Notes: generated by a model from the sequence alone, not told the origin. A stretch of 63,287 bases of DNA, filler included, from Asterionella formosa (GCA_002256025.1; 13 parts of 13 records of this genome joined end to end with filler, not necessarily neighbours in it), one strand, 5' to 3'; positions 34,804 through 47,200 are shown, counted from the first letter of the whole stretch. Numbers and translations: made by a program.

Positions 34804-35314
34804 AACAAAAAGACACAATGTGGTCTGTTTGCCTGTGAATGCCTGTCTTGTCTTCTTGCTCTACCCTCTATCTCTACAAAGGCTACTATAAATATACTCT
34901 AATCACTCTTTTAACATACCACCTTCCAAACTCCTATTGAGTTTGTCAGGTTTGTTAATTGACTCACCCTACTGTCCTCCTCCTCCTTTGTCCTTGTTGT
35001 CATTCGCTATCCTATCCTCTTTCACAACATAGGAACCATCATCAATAGTGCCGCCGCCACTCTGCAAGGGTGACACCACTACAAATGGGTGTACACAATA
35101 ATGAAGAATGCACTGCAGTATGTGAGGCTCTCATGAAGTTATATGGAACAAACAAAAAGGTGAATTAGCAGAGCTCCCCTAAAAATTTATCAATTTTTCT
35201 CCTGTCTATCCAGGCACAAGTGCATAGTTTAGTTTTAAAGTACTCTAAAATTTTATTCTCCCCCTGTATATCCCTCCAGAAAATATTGACAGTCAAGCAA
35301 CAGTATATTATTAA

Positions 35315-35658
35315 AATGATATAGCCCATTCCTACACCCCTTTTTCAAGGCAAGTATTCATTGTGTTGCCTGCCAACAATACCTGTGCTTCCCTAGTTTT
35401 GTTAGCGTAGGTGAGTTCCCCAACCACCCTTCACGAAAGATGATTGTCTTAGCCGCAGCATTAGGGGAAGGCGGCACAAGCTGCTTGTAGGGGGGCAACC
35501 CACTATTTCTTTCACGCCAGGCAAGACCATGCGGGATGGTAAGGAGTGTGGGAGTCGAACCCAACAATTGCTTCTCAAAAAGATTGCGGGAATCGAACCT
35601 CACAACCTCAGATCAAAGGCAACGTGCTCAACCAACTACCATAAGCCATTCTTCCTTA
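35315..35658 (-). mobile_element. tRNA-derived SINE-like element flanked by a 16-bp target-site duplication
   Basis: aacagtatattattaa at 35299-35314 and 35659-35674. Minus-strand head GGAAGAATGGCTT..TTGG..GAGC; B boxes GGTTCGATTCCC (35588-35599) and GGGTTCGACTCCC (35550-35562). A second copy is at 8373-8725. Confidence 0.8.
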
Positions 35659-36672
35659 AACAGTATATTATTAATATGTAATATTAAAATAAATTCCCCA
35701 TCATGAACCATAGCATCATCAATCATATTGTTGCCTCAGGAGTTACCGCTTGATGACAGTGATGATTTTGATGTTGTAAATGACAATAACAGCACCAGTG
35801 TTCTGGATTTCCTCTTCCTCTGTCATCTAGCTGAAGGAGCTGAACAAGAAGAATCATCCAAAAGACAAAGACAAAAGCACAAATGGCACCATGAAAACAA
35901 CTCATCCGAGAGACAAAGATGAAGGCACAATTGGCAGCAGCCACCATGAACAAATCTCCTGGTAATCACATGTCGAAAAGCTTAATCACAAGATTGCTTT
36001 CTAAAAAACATAAAGAATGTCACACAGAGCATTTAGAAAGCTGACCTCCATAGCTACTGGCGAACCCATAACCCGAGCAACAACAATGCAAACTTGACAC
36101 CTTGCTTCGGAAAGGGGGAGCATTGGAAGATATGATGTACATACAAATTGCAGGACCGGTACCAGGTACCTGGTACTGGTACCAGTAAAAAACTGCCATG
36201 ACCCATTGAGAATATTTTTGAACTGCTGTGACCCATTGAACACAGAATAACACGTTTTGCTGTCAAAACTTAAGTAAATGTAAGTTCTGAGAGTTCTGGC
36301 TCCTTCTCGAGCATGTAGGCTAGTCAGCTATGTATTTTGTTTGAGATTTGGAGTCAATTGTTCATCTCAATAGATTGCCAGAAATAGTGAATCGACCAAA
36401 AAATATAGAGAACACGGATTAGGGTAAGTTTGGAGTTCTCATTGTCATATAATATACAACGATATATACAAATATTTCGACATTGATTTAATTAGTGTCT
36501 GAACGTTAACCACATTTATAGCAATAAAGATTTTGTTTTGGTATTGAATTGTACAGAGATGGCAAATGATATGGGCGCGCCTATATCTGATTGAGGATTT
36601 TGATATATACGTATCTGTCAGTCCACAAAACATGAAAAACAGTAAACAGCTATCACGCAAACCAGCACCACC

Positions 36673-38260
36673 ATGCCGAAGTCAAGAAAAAGTCGATCTT
36701 CCAGCATCAAGAAGGAGACAGAAGCACTTCACTATGCTCAGGTCGTTATTCAACGCAACATGCTTGGCATTGTTACAGAATTTGAAGCAATCAAGGCGAA
36801 CAATAATGGAAAGCTCCAATACGGAGCCATTACCAACATGGTGAAGGCTCAGAAGGTATACTTGCCTTGGCTTACCAAAAACAAAGTCGACTACTGGTTA
36901 AGAAAGGCAGGTGCTAGTGCTTTCCCCAACATGGGTATACTATCAGGAGATTCTCAGGCAGATATGCGCTCATTTTACTATTCAAGTAATAGAACATCTA
37001 CTTTGACAAGAGAAGAGGATGACAACATGACAGGAGTAGATGATAATATCAATGCTATTAATAGTATTGAATTATTTTCTACAACTATGACTACTGCTGC
37101 AGTTAGTGTTCCTGCAGTCATTGTCCCCATGACCACCATACTTACTGGAGGCCGGCCAAAGGGAACCGCTCAAATGGCATCAGCATCGATGCAAAGAAAT
37201 ATCGAAGAATGCATTGTCCAGTCGGCCACAGAATACATGAGGGTTAGAGAAGAACTGCAGCAAAAGAACAAGAAAGCAAGTAGATTCACACTTGCCTGCA
37301 TAATTGGGGCGAGAAAAAAGGCGCTTGGTATTCCTCCTGGAGTTGAAACAAATATAGAAACAGTGAGATCTCGGGCAAAACGCAAAAAACCCCAGGGAAA
37401 AAACGAAGCTTCAATGTCACCAATGCTCGAAGTTGAGCTACCGGTATACATTATTGTGCTGATTGAACAACTCTCCAAAATGCGATTCCCAATTACATGC
37501 TGTCAGCAGGGACTGGAACTTGCTAACTCACTTGTGTCTGGTAAATCCATCATGGAAAATATTGTGCTGTGGAGGCAGAAACATTGCATTTCATTCAGAG
37601 AGGATCCAACATTGTCTAAACCACTGGGATCAGGGTACTGGAAGGGAATCCATGAGTCGCAATTGGCTCCATGTCAAGGCAGAGAAAGGTGTCAAATTCG
37701 ATGGGAAGCGTGCTGACTGGTGCACATTAAGGAACTTTGAGCAGATGTATAGAGATGTGTATAAAGAAATGGCCAAGATGGGTATTGCGGAAAAGCTGGA
37801 TGAAGAAGTGTGGTTGAATAAATCAGGAGATGTTGTTGCAAATGAGGAAGGAGCCCTGGGAATGAAAACAAAGTACATTTTGAAGTATCCCAACAAACTC
37901 ATATTTGTTGATGAAGTTGGAAGTAACACCAGTCAGGCAAAAGATGGACAGAAGGGGGGTGAGAAAGTGTTATGTATTGGAACAGCGGCAAGACCACAAC
38001 AACGAAGTGCTGTGAAGTATGCGCATTTTACAGTCTTGGGATTTACAGCTGCCGAAGGAACTCCAGTGATGTGTGCTATAATATTCGCTGCCAAAGAGCT
38101 TGAACTTAGTTGGGTACAGGGGCTTAACCCGTTTGTGGAATGGCATGGCAATGAGGACGACTTCAACCTAAACACTTGCAAAGGAAAGCGATATCCTCAG
38201 GGACCTGTATGTGTGTTAAATGGAAAGCATGTGCCCACTTTGTAATGTTGTTCGGAATCA
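36673..38260 (+). mobile_element. Pogo/Tc1-like DDE transposase pseudogene (frameshift ~37650, stop 38243, 3'-truncated)
   Basis: GGRPKG; GYWKG/MSRN; KFDGKRADWCT..NFEQMY; IFVDEVGSNTSQAKDG; HFTVLGFTAAEGTPVMCAIIF. Confidence 0.8.
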
Positions 38261-38314
38261 CATCTAAGACGCCGTTTACGGCACTTTTTCGAATTTATGT
38301 GTAAAGTGACGTAT

Positions 38315-38391
38315 TTATGCTACTTTTTTAAAATATTATGTTACTTTTCTAAAATATTATGTTACTTTTTTGAAATATTATGCTACTTTTT
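38315..38391. repeat. 21-bp minisatellite (~3.7 copies)
   Basis: ttatgYtactttt.t.aaata units, just past the transposase truncation point. Confidence 0.9.
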
Positions 38392-39064
38392 CCCTAATTT
38401 ATTCGGGTTAAACAAAAATTTATTTCACTTATCGAATAATTATGTGATCACACCAATAATTATGTGTGTTCGTGACAATATATGTTGACCAACTAGCCAT
38501 CGCAACAGTTTAAAAGCGAAATTATGCTGCTCTGCCGCAATATTATGCTGCTTTCACCATATAATGAACGAAAGAGTCGCCAATTCCGATTCACTTATTA
38601 TTTTTTCCGCTCCGACATATTTCTTTGATCTGAACTGGCAAAGAATAACACATGCAAGAGGACGATTCACACTGTAGAATTCAGCACACGTAGTAGTAGT
38701 TGATGTTGTAGACACATAATTAAGTCATTGTTGATTGTAGAGATTACAATAGCCTGCCAGATTGGAAATAAAGCACCGTTGGTACTTGTTGAGCATCGTT
38801 GAGCATTGCATGTCTCCGTAGTGCATCGAAATTGAGATGTGCCACAATGGCCTTCTCCGTCTCGGAGCAGCTACAAATAGTCTACAGCGATAACTCTAGC
38901 AAGTACAATATAGAAAAAGAACCAGAGGATGAGTAGCTGACAANNNNNNNNNNNNNNNNNNNNNNNNNNNNNNNNNNNNNNNNNNNNTTAATTAATTAAN
39001 NNNNNNNNNNNNNNNNNNNNNNNNNNNNNNNNNNNNNNNNNNNCTACCCCAATAAGTATCTAAA

Positions 39065-39979
39065 ATGGCCAACACAATTAGTGCATCATTGTTGTTAGCT
39101 AACAACAATAATAACAATAATTCACCACCACCAACAACAACGTTTGAAGTCCATGTCTCCAACGACACGTTCAAATTCAACGCTGCTCACTTTGTTGCCT
39201 TTAAAGGCTTTCGAGAGCGCCTTCATGGTCACAATTACAAAGTTGGTGTTCGACTGTTGGGAAGTCGGACCATCGGAGCTGATGGCTACTTGATTGACTT
39301 TGGTGAAGTGAAAGGAGTCACCAAGAAGGTTTGTAAAGATCTCAATGAACACTTTTTATGTCCAACTCTTTCCAATGTTATCAAGATCACTGAGCAACAT
39401 CCTCATCATGATGACGACAACGAAGCCACTGCACCTGGGGAACAAGTCTCGATCCATCTTTCTTGTGAAGATGGGTCCTATTTCACATTTCCCAAAAGCG
39501 ATTGTGCCATGCTACCCATAGCTCATGCGACCACCGAAGAACTGGCGATTTACATATGGGGAAAGATATTGAACGGTTTAAATGCTGCGTATTTACTTCA
39601 GCGAGGGATTCATACCATGGAAGTGAATGTTGCTGAAGCTATTGGTCAAGATGCAACCTTTCGAATGCGAATTCCTGACGAGTCGGCGTCGGCCGAAATC
39701 TTTGATGTAGCAACGTACATAACCAAGGGAGACGTTGTGCCGATGCCATGTTTGTCACGTTTAGATGAGAATAATCATGATGGCTGGACTAAGAAACGAA
39801 AGGCCGATGCGAATGGTTGTTCCGAGAAGAAATGCCAATGTCTGTTCCAGTCGGAGTTTTCGGCAAAACTACAAAAGCTGGCAGATGGCCTCTCGAAGCA
39901 AGCTACCGGTAATACTGGTACAACGTTTGACAACGTTAAGATAACAAGAGAGTACCTTGAGGATATAATGAATAAATGA
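39065..39979 (+). CDS. PTPS: 6-pyruvoyl-tetrahydropterin synthase family protein, PTPS-III type, with a C-terminal extension
   Basis: FNAAHF, RERLHGHNY (ExxHGH, no catalytic Cys), GYLIDFG, TTEELA and VNVAE motifs. Confidence 0.9.
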   Translation: MANTISASLLLANNNNNNNSPPPTTTFEVHVSNDTFKFNAAHFVAFKGFRERLHGHNYKVGVRLLGSRTIGADGYLIDFGEVKGVTKKVCKDLNEHFLCPTLSNVIKITEQHPHHDDDNEATAPGEQVSIHLSCEDGSYFTFPKSDCAMLPIAHATTEELAIYIWGKILNGLNAAYLLQRGIHTMEVNVAEAIGQDATFRMRIPDESASAEIFDVATYITKGDVVPMPCLSRLDENNHDGWTKKRKADANGCSEKKCQCLFQSEFSAKLQKLADGLSKQATGNTGTTFDNVKITREYLEDIMNK

Positions 39980-40079
39980 AACAAAAACTTGAGGTAATTA
40001 ATAAATATAGTATAGGAAATCGATTAATAGAAAACTTGTGTCCCATGACATGAGGTGTATAATTTCAAGAAATGACAAT

Positions 40080-41189
40080 TTACTCGGCCTTCTTCTTGGG
40101 TGCCGCATGGCCATGGCCACCCGAGGTAAGCGAGTACGCAAACGTTCCTCCAATCGCAATGGCAGATCCAACGACGGTATTGCGCTCCATTGCTTCTGAA
40201 AAAATGATTGACGAAACAACAATGATAATCACACGCTTCGCCGTGTTGAGGACTGAGGAAGTGACGGCTCCGACGTGGGCAGTGAACGCGAATGCCACTT
40301 CGTTGTAAAAGTAGAAAAAGAATCCAGAAAGGACAATGTTCTTCACCAGGGCGTTGAACCCGTGCTGGGCAACGGCAGCGTCCCACTCGGACTGGAGAGT
40401 AGGAAGCTCCGTGATGACCACAAAAGGGATAGTGCAGAAGAAGGAGATAATGTTCATAACACCGTATACGTTGGCAGCATCCATATTCTTGGATGGCTCA
40501 GCGTGCAACGCCTTGGTGACGGACGATCCTAGCTTTCCCTTCAATGCGGCAGCAGCGTTTGCCATGGAAGCGAAGGCAAAGGCTTCCATGTTAATGTCAA
40601 CCCCCTTTCCTTCCTTGATACATGCCAGCCCAACCCCACCGACAATAGGAATAAGCATCACGTACGCAAGGAACGGCTTAACATCCATTGGCGGGACAAG
40701 AAGTCCGACCACGGCGGCAAAGACGGGCTCACAAGCCTTGACGATCTGAGCAAAGCTGACCGCGCCGACAGCGGAGGCCAGAACGGATCCGCAGTGTGCG
40801 AGCGCAGCAAAGAGACCGATAGGGATGCAGGAAGCGATATCAGCGGCAGTAAGGTTGGGCGTCTTGCGAAGTCCAGTTCCCCACATGACAAGCGACAAGA
40901 CGATGCCGACAATCAACTGAACCGAGGCCAAGAACCAATGGGCATGGATCATATTGGCTGCTTGCTTGTTGTAGACATTGTAGACAGTGTTGCCGAAATA
41001 CCAGAGTACGACCAAACCGGCCTGCCGCGAGGAAACAGTTTACATGAGTTCATTAGATCGGAATGGATTCGCCGATTCCCCGATTCTATTCCTGCTTTTC
41101 GTTCGCAGTGGATCGATGGAACAAGCTCGACGAGGAATGGTTATTCAACTTACGAGTTTGGCGGGAGATGCTGCTTCTTTAGGGGCCAT
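40080..41189 (-). CDS. TPT: Triose-phosphate/phosphate translocator family protein, paralog A; exons 41189-41154 and 41021-40080
   Basis: WYFGN..YNVYNK, GAVSFAQIVKACEPVF, YFYNE and LNTAKRV motifs; GT-AG intron 41153-41022 after MAPKEAASPAKL. Confidence 0.95.
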
Positions 41190-42532
41190 GATGGAATTGC
41201 GAGTGTCCGAATCTTCGCTATGGGATGAAGAAATCAGTACTATGAATGGCTAAATGGGAACGAAGCAAATTTGAGCTCTGATATACCGGCAGTGTGTCAG
41301 TGAATTTGAAGTATGAAGTATATTTCCCGTTGTACCGGCAGTGTGTCAGTGTGTCTGATGTACCGTATAGAGCTAGCTACCCGGTGGCTATGATTTCCCG
41401 TTATCATACATGGTGATCCTATACCGTACAGCACCTGGTATGGTATGGTACACTTTTACTCGCCGCCCTAGGAGGAGGATCACACGATCGTTTATTTGTT
41501 ACGCAGTTAGTACATAGACCTATGTACCGGTACTCCATTTGTGATAACAATCATGTACCGGTATACAGCTACCGCATCATAGATAATGGATATCGTACAT
41601 AGCTACCGGTAGTGGAAAATGGTGATGCCTAATAATATGATACGAGTATTGGCTTGGCTGACGTCAAGCAACTGCCGCGATCTTTGACTCGGCCGTCGTT
41701 GAGCTCGTGGTCGTGTACTATGGGAGTACATACGACCACTAGCAAATGCTTTTACGTTCAGAGTTCAGAGTATGTGTACCCTGGTACCGGGTATTTAGTA
41801 CCGGTACCTGGTACCGGTATACCAGTGGTAATCAAGTTCCACATGTCAGTCAATCAAAGGACGGTTCGGGAGTCGTACCAGGGTACCTGGTACTGTTCGA
41901 ACTACCGGTATGTACCGGTACATACCAGTGCGGATGATGCTACATAGCATAATTGTAATCAAAGCAATCAGCTTTGCTATCTGGTGGCAGGTTACCAAGT
42001 ATCAGGGACTCCTACCAGGTACCATCATGTTGAAATCTTGTTCTATTGGCTATCAGTTCAAATGTCACTTGCTTGGTGTACTAGGACACTACATGGAGCA
42101 TGACAAAGTAACATTAAAGGCAGACCACAGAAATTTTATTACTTTTAATACTGTCAAATACCTATAAATTGGCTATGGGGGACAACAGGGAAAGTCGAGA
42201 ATATTTCTCTTGATAGTAAGCACTGTAAACATTCAGCTGAGGAGAAATGAAGGTATTTTTTCCCTTGCAAGCTGGCGAGTTTGATGAGCATTTGTGAGGC
42301 AGGACCTCTCGAAATCATGAACCAGACCAGACACAGATTGCTATAGAGAAATGCTATGGTATGCATCAGGACACTTTTGTTACCTTCTCTTTGCGGTAGA
42401 ATGACAAGTATCAACAAATATACAAGATGTGTTGTAGCTAATAATGAAAGCCAGTGCTGCAGCTTAATAGGTAGTGATGACCCAAACAAGACAAGCACTT
42501 GGTAAACATTCAAAATATTAATTTCTCGCTCA

Positions 42533-43665
42533 TTAGGCTGTCTTCTTCTTGGGTGCCACTTTTTTGCCTGAAGAAGTAAGCGAGTATGCAAAAGTTCCTC
42601 CAATAGCAATGGCAGATCCAATGACAGTGTTGCGCTCCATAGCTTCCTGGAAAAGGACAGACGACACAACGATGATAATAACACGTTTAGCAGTGTTCAA
42701 TACAGATGAGGTAACAGATCCCACGTGAGCCGTGAAAGCAAAAGCCACTTCATTGTAGAAGTAGAAAAAGAATCCAGAAATCAAAATATTCGTGAGAATT
42801 GCGTTCGCACCGTGCGTTGAGGCAGCTTGCGACCAGACCTCAGAAAGGGTGGCACCCTCATTGTATATAACAAAGGGGACCGTGAATATGAAAGAAATGA
42901 TGTTCATGACACCATAAACGTTGGCAGCGTCCATATTCTTGGATTTGTCGGCCTCCAAAGCCTTGGTGATAGAAGAACCGAGCTTGCCCTTCAAAGCAGC
43001 CGCAGCGTTCGCCATAGAGGCAAATGCGAATGCGGCAACATTGATATCGACTCCCTTTCCCTCCTTGACACATGCTAGACCAACGCCTCCGACAATTGGA
43101 AGCAGCATCATATAAGCTAGCATAGGCTTGACATCCATGGGTGGAACAAGAACACCGACAATAGCAGCAAACACAGGCTCACAAGCCTTGACGATTTGAG
43201 CGAAGCTCACTGCTCCAACGGCGGAAGCAAGAACTGTTCCACAATGCGCGAGACACGCGAATAAACCGATAGGAAGGCAAGCCATGATGTCGCTACGGGA
43301 AAGATTTGGTGTCTTCCTCAATCCACTTGCCCATAAGAAGCAACTAATGACGATGCCAACAACAAGCTGAGCTGAAGCCAGGAACCAATGGGCGGGAAGC
43401 TGGTTGGCCGCATTCTTGTTATAAACATTGTACACAGTGTTTCCAAAGTACCAGGCGACGACCAAAGCCGTCTGAGTGAGGATATGAGGATATGTCAAGA
43501 ACAGAACAACGTGTTGGGCCAGATGAGAAGGACATAAAAATGGAAAGAAATCGGGTGAGAGGGTGAGAGTATTGCTTTCATCGTTGGCTTTGTATTCAAG
43601 CAAAATCTGAGAACTGCATTAACACTCACCAACAAAGTAGTAGAAGCGCCTCCTTCTTTGCCCAT
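42533..43665 (-). CDS. TPT: Triose-phosphate/phosphate translocator family protein, paralog B; exons 43665-43630 and 43471-42533
   Basis: Same motifs as paralog A; GT-AG intron 43629-43472 after MGKEGGASTTLL (same position and phase). Confidence 0.95.
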
Positions 43666-44386
43666 GGTGGAGATACTTGGTTGAGATTGTTTGAAATGAG
43701 AGGCAGATTCATACTGTTCTCAGTGGCGGGAAGTTCGCAGATTCGAGTACGTTTGTGTTCTATATCCGGGGTGAAACCGGGTACTGGTATACTATTATGC
43801 TATTATGCATGTACAATNNNNNNNNNNNNNNNNNNNNNNNNNNNNNNNNNNNNNNNNNNNNTTAATTAATTAANNNNNNNNNNNNNNNNNNNNNNNNNNN
43901 NNNNNNNNNNNNNNNNNCGAAAATTACAACAATCAACCGATAAAGGCTACTGAAGAGGCTATGTGGGTCTGATAAACCGACTAATTCTCCTATCAAACAG
44001 GCGATGGGGAGAATACTGAACCTAATGTTGCAATTAGCGCTATCGAAGGGTACCACATAAAAGAAGTAATCACAAAGCAATATCCAACACAACTTGTTGG
44101 ATGGGAAAAACTCGACATATTCCAGACAAGGATTACCCACTCAAGGATGACCAAAATACACGCTGGTCCTACAGGCCGCTAGTACCAGGCGCCTGCATGT
44201 CACAAGACAGACCTCGCAGGAATACACCTAACGGTTTCCCCGTTGAGCATACGCCTGAGACACCCTGACGTATACCCAGAATTTACCAGACTTCAATAAA
44301 ATCGTTCATTTCAAAAAATCACCCGATCTTGATCGCTTACCGTCGTTGCGATCGCAGTCTCACGCAGATCCTCTGCTAATATCAGC

Positions 44387-45763
44387 ATGGCACTCATCCT
44401 TGTTTTTGGAGTGGCGTTTGCCAGCTATCAGAGATACAATTCGGAATCCGAATCAGATCCCGAAGTCGATCTCACTGGGAAGACAGATGTGGAGCTGCTA
44501 CCGCTGGAAAACTCTGTTTTACTCATGGAGGCTCCCCTGGCGACCATTACATTCTGCAAAGGGGATTATAATAAGGCAGCAGAATATCTTAGGGCCCGCG
44601 TGGCAGATATTGCCTATCGCAATCCGTGGATTGGAGGGTGGTTGGCCAAGGATCCAACTTCAAAGGATTTGCGCCTCTGGTACGATCCATCCAGTGATGA
44701 TTTGGCTCCTGGTCTGTTGCTTGAGTTTCAACCAGGTGAAATTCCCTTACACCGAGAGCTTTCATATGATGAATGCCATGAACTTGTCAATTCTCGTGGA
44801 GCCAAAGTTCTTCGTAAAGCGGAGCTTTCTGGAAAGAATGAGCCCATCGTCAAGATTTCGATCATTCCTGATGAAGCAAATCCAACAGAACGCTTTTCGC
44901 TTGTGACTTCCATGTCGCATGCCGGTGGAGACAAGCATACCTATTACAAGATTTTTAACATGCTCTGCAAGGGGACCGAGATTTTGGTGATGAATCCAGT
45001 CCGGAAAATGGAAGCTATTGATGCTGTTTTTAAACGCATGGGACAAAACGAATCCTTTTATATTCGAAACGCTCTAAAGGAGCCCATGTGGGCATTCTCA
45101 CAAAGCAAGGAAAACCGGGATCCAATGCAGCTGAAGATATTTTATCCTCATCTCCAGTGGAGTGTAGACGGAAGCAAGCAGCAGCTGAATCAGGAAAAGG
45201 ATGGCGATGAAAGCATCAAGCTTATGCCTAGGCAGTCGGACTATGCTGTCTTGGCTTCTTGGTTCTTTGGAATAAACGTCACCACTGTCGGTTTCCTGGC
45301 CGTAAACTATCGTAATTATCTTGAACGATGCGATCTAAATGACATGGACGCCGGTAATTATCAGAATCCAATCCCATTGACGGCAGTTGACTATGCCACG
45401 CCCAGGTTGGTTCAACTAGCCACGGAAAGTGGAAAGCGCTGTGGGACTAATCCTATCGCTCCATTACCCAATCATCAAGCTGAGAACTCCTATTCCATCG
45501 CGGTTGATTGGGCTGAAAGCAGGGATGCAGCTATTGATATTGGGGATGGGATCGAAGAACAGCTGCACTTACCCTTGTATAGTTCAAAGGAACTTCGAAG
45601 TGTTCCGAACAAGATGTCTTTTATGGTGTTGTTTACGGCGAATGGGAAGACGGAGAATCGAAGGAAACGAATTGCGCTATTTGTGGTCGCCAAAAAATCA
45701 GTTATTGACAAGATCGACGAGAGTGGTATCGTGGACGAAGTAATCTATGTGGAAGATAGCTAG
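44387..45763 (+). CDS. Hypothetical protein, probable CoA-dependent acyltransferase fold (HxxxD), with an N-terminal signal/anchor
   Basis: 458-aa ORF; NPWIGGWL early motif and SMSHAGGDKHTYY (HxxxD). Confidence 0.65.
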   Translation: MALILVFGVAFASYQRYNSESESDPEVDLTGKTDVELLPLENSVLLMEAPLATITFCKGDYNKAAEYLRARVADIAYRNPWIGGWLAKDPTSKDLRLWYDPSSDDLAPGLLLEFQPGEIPLHRELSYDECHELVNSRGAKVLRKAELSGKNEPIVKISIIPDEANPTERFSLVTSMSHAGGDKHTYYKIFNMLCKGTEILVMNPVRKMEAIDAVFKRMGQNESFYIRNALKEPMWAFSQSKENRDPMQLKIFYPHLQWSVDGSKQQLNQEKDGDESIKLMPRQSDYAVLASWFFGINVTTVGFLAVNYRNYLERCDLNDMDAGNYQNPIPLTAVDYATPRLVQLATESGKRCGTNPIAPLPNHQAENSYSIAVDWAESRDAAIDIGDGIEEQLHLPLYSSKELRSVPNKMSFMVLFTANGKTENRRKRIALFVVAKKSVIDKIDESGIVDEVIYVEDS

Positions 45764-45963
45764 ATCCTATTCTCTCGTTGGTTGTGAATCGAGCATATTT
45801 TAATGCCCTATGTGACAAATAAAGTTAAACACACATTTGGAAAGCCAAAATTTTAAACATTTTAAGGGAGATTTACTAAATATCAAGATTTGTATCCCGT
45901 TGTCGTGGTGATGGTATTGATGGAATATACTACACAATTACTTCCAATATCAATTCAAGACCA

Positions 45964-47018
45964 TTACGAATTCTTCGAAATATTGTAGAAGACAGCCCCG
46001 AAACCAATGGCCAGCACTACACATATAATGTCGATACACAATTTGTCACTGGCTCGTCCCACTTCTGACAGGGTTTCCTTCATTCTGGCATTGACATTCT
46101 CAACGCCATCATTCACTCTGTCTAGCTTTGAGTTCAAACCATCCAGCATCACTCCTTGGACCTTCACTTCTTCTCCTGCTAACGCCGCGATTTCGGCCAA
46201 GTCAGCAATGCCATCGCCAATCTCATCGAGTTGCCTGTCGAAGTCTGCATCCCGCTCTTCCAGCTGTTGAATCTGGACTCTTTGTCCTTCAGTCAAGGCA
46301 ACCCCACCACCACCGCCTCTGTTCCAGCTTTTGCCACCAGTGGTTCCTTTAATGTAAGTTCAAGAAGCAAGTTAACAATTTAGTTGCCAGTCTTCGACTC
46401 AATTGTGATTTTTTGATTCAACATACAGCCGAAAAATATGTCCCGTACAGTTTGGTACAATTTCTACGTACCTCCTCCAAGTTTTGATCCTAAAATGGCA
46501 GCAGCAGCATCGTTTTGAGGTCCTCTACCTTGTGCAAAGTTTGCCATTTGCGCCGATCGGATTTTCTCAATCTCTACATACAACCTTGAAACAAGCTCTT
46601 GCTGAGTTTCTAGTTCTTCTGGCGTGAATTTGGATCTCTTCTTTCTAGCTTCTTTCTTATAAATTTCATCCATTTCCTTCCATTCATCTTGTGCTTGTCG
46701 GATCTCTTCTCGAATCTCGGCCTGTAACTTGATGAGCTGCGTAGGAGTATCTCCTCCGTAACCAGCATTTTCTAGTTCCTTAGTTTGTTGAAGCTTTGAG
46801 TGGGTATTCTTTAACCGCTGTACAATAGTGCTCTTTAGCTCCAGGAAACGGGACCCTTTGGCTAACGACTTTTTATCCTTGCCCATGGTCGCAACATTCT
46901 CCGCTTTGAGCTTCTTATCATCATGTGATGTTTTCGGCTTTGCACCAACGTCCTCCTGCATCGTATAGAGCTTCGTGAGAAGCTCCGTGAGCTCCTGATC
47001 AGGCTTGGATTTCCCCAT
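45964..47018 (-). CDS. SYP7-like Qc-SNARE; exons 47018-46472 and 46346-45964
   Basis: N-terminal coiled coils, SNARE motif (DRQLDEI...EEVKVQGVMLD) and KLCIDIICVVL TM typical of SYP7; a phase-1 GT-AG intron 46471-46347 joins the two ORFs in frame. Confidence 0.88.
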
Positions 47019-47200
47019 GGTGATATTTGGTGTGCGTATAACCTAAAAGCTAGCAGCTGCAGAAAGCAGAAATACCGTACCCTTCTGGAGACGTAATAGA
47101 CTACCAGTTCATACGTAGTGAACGTCGTATCTGTGGTTGGTATACAGGTAGTCCTGTGTAGTGCCCTAGCTATAAAAGCGTTGAACTACCAGGGGTACCA

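Noticed and set aside
35580..35655. Functional tRNA gene
   Set aside because: The acceptor and anticodon stems do not pair properly; it is the head of a dispersed element with a TSD.
39065..39979. QueD / 7-deazaguanine DNA-modification system
   Set aside because: The QueD catalytic Cys is absent, and there are no queE, queC or dpdA neighbours.
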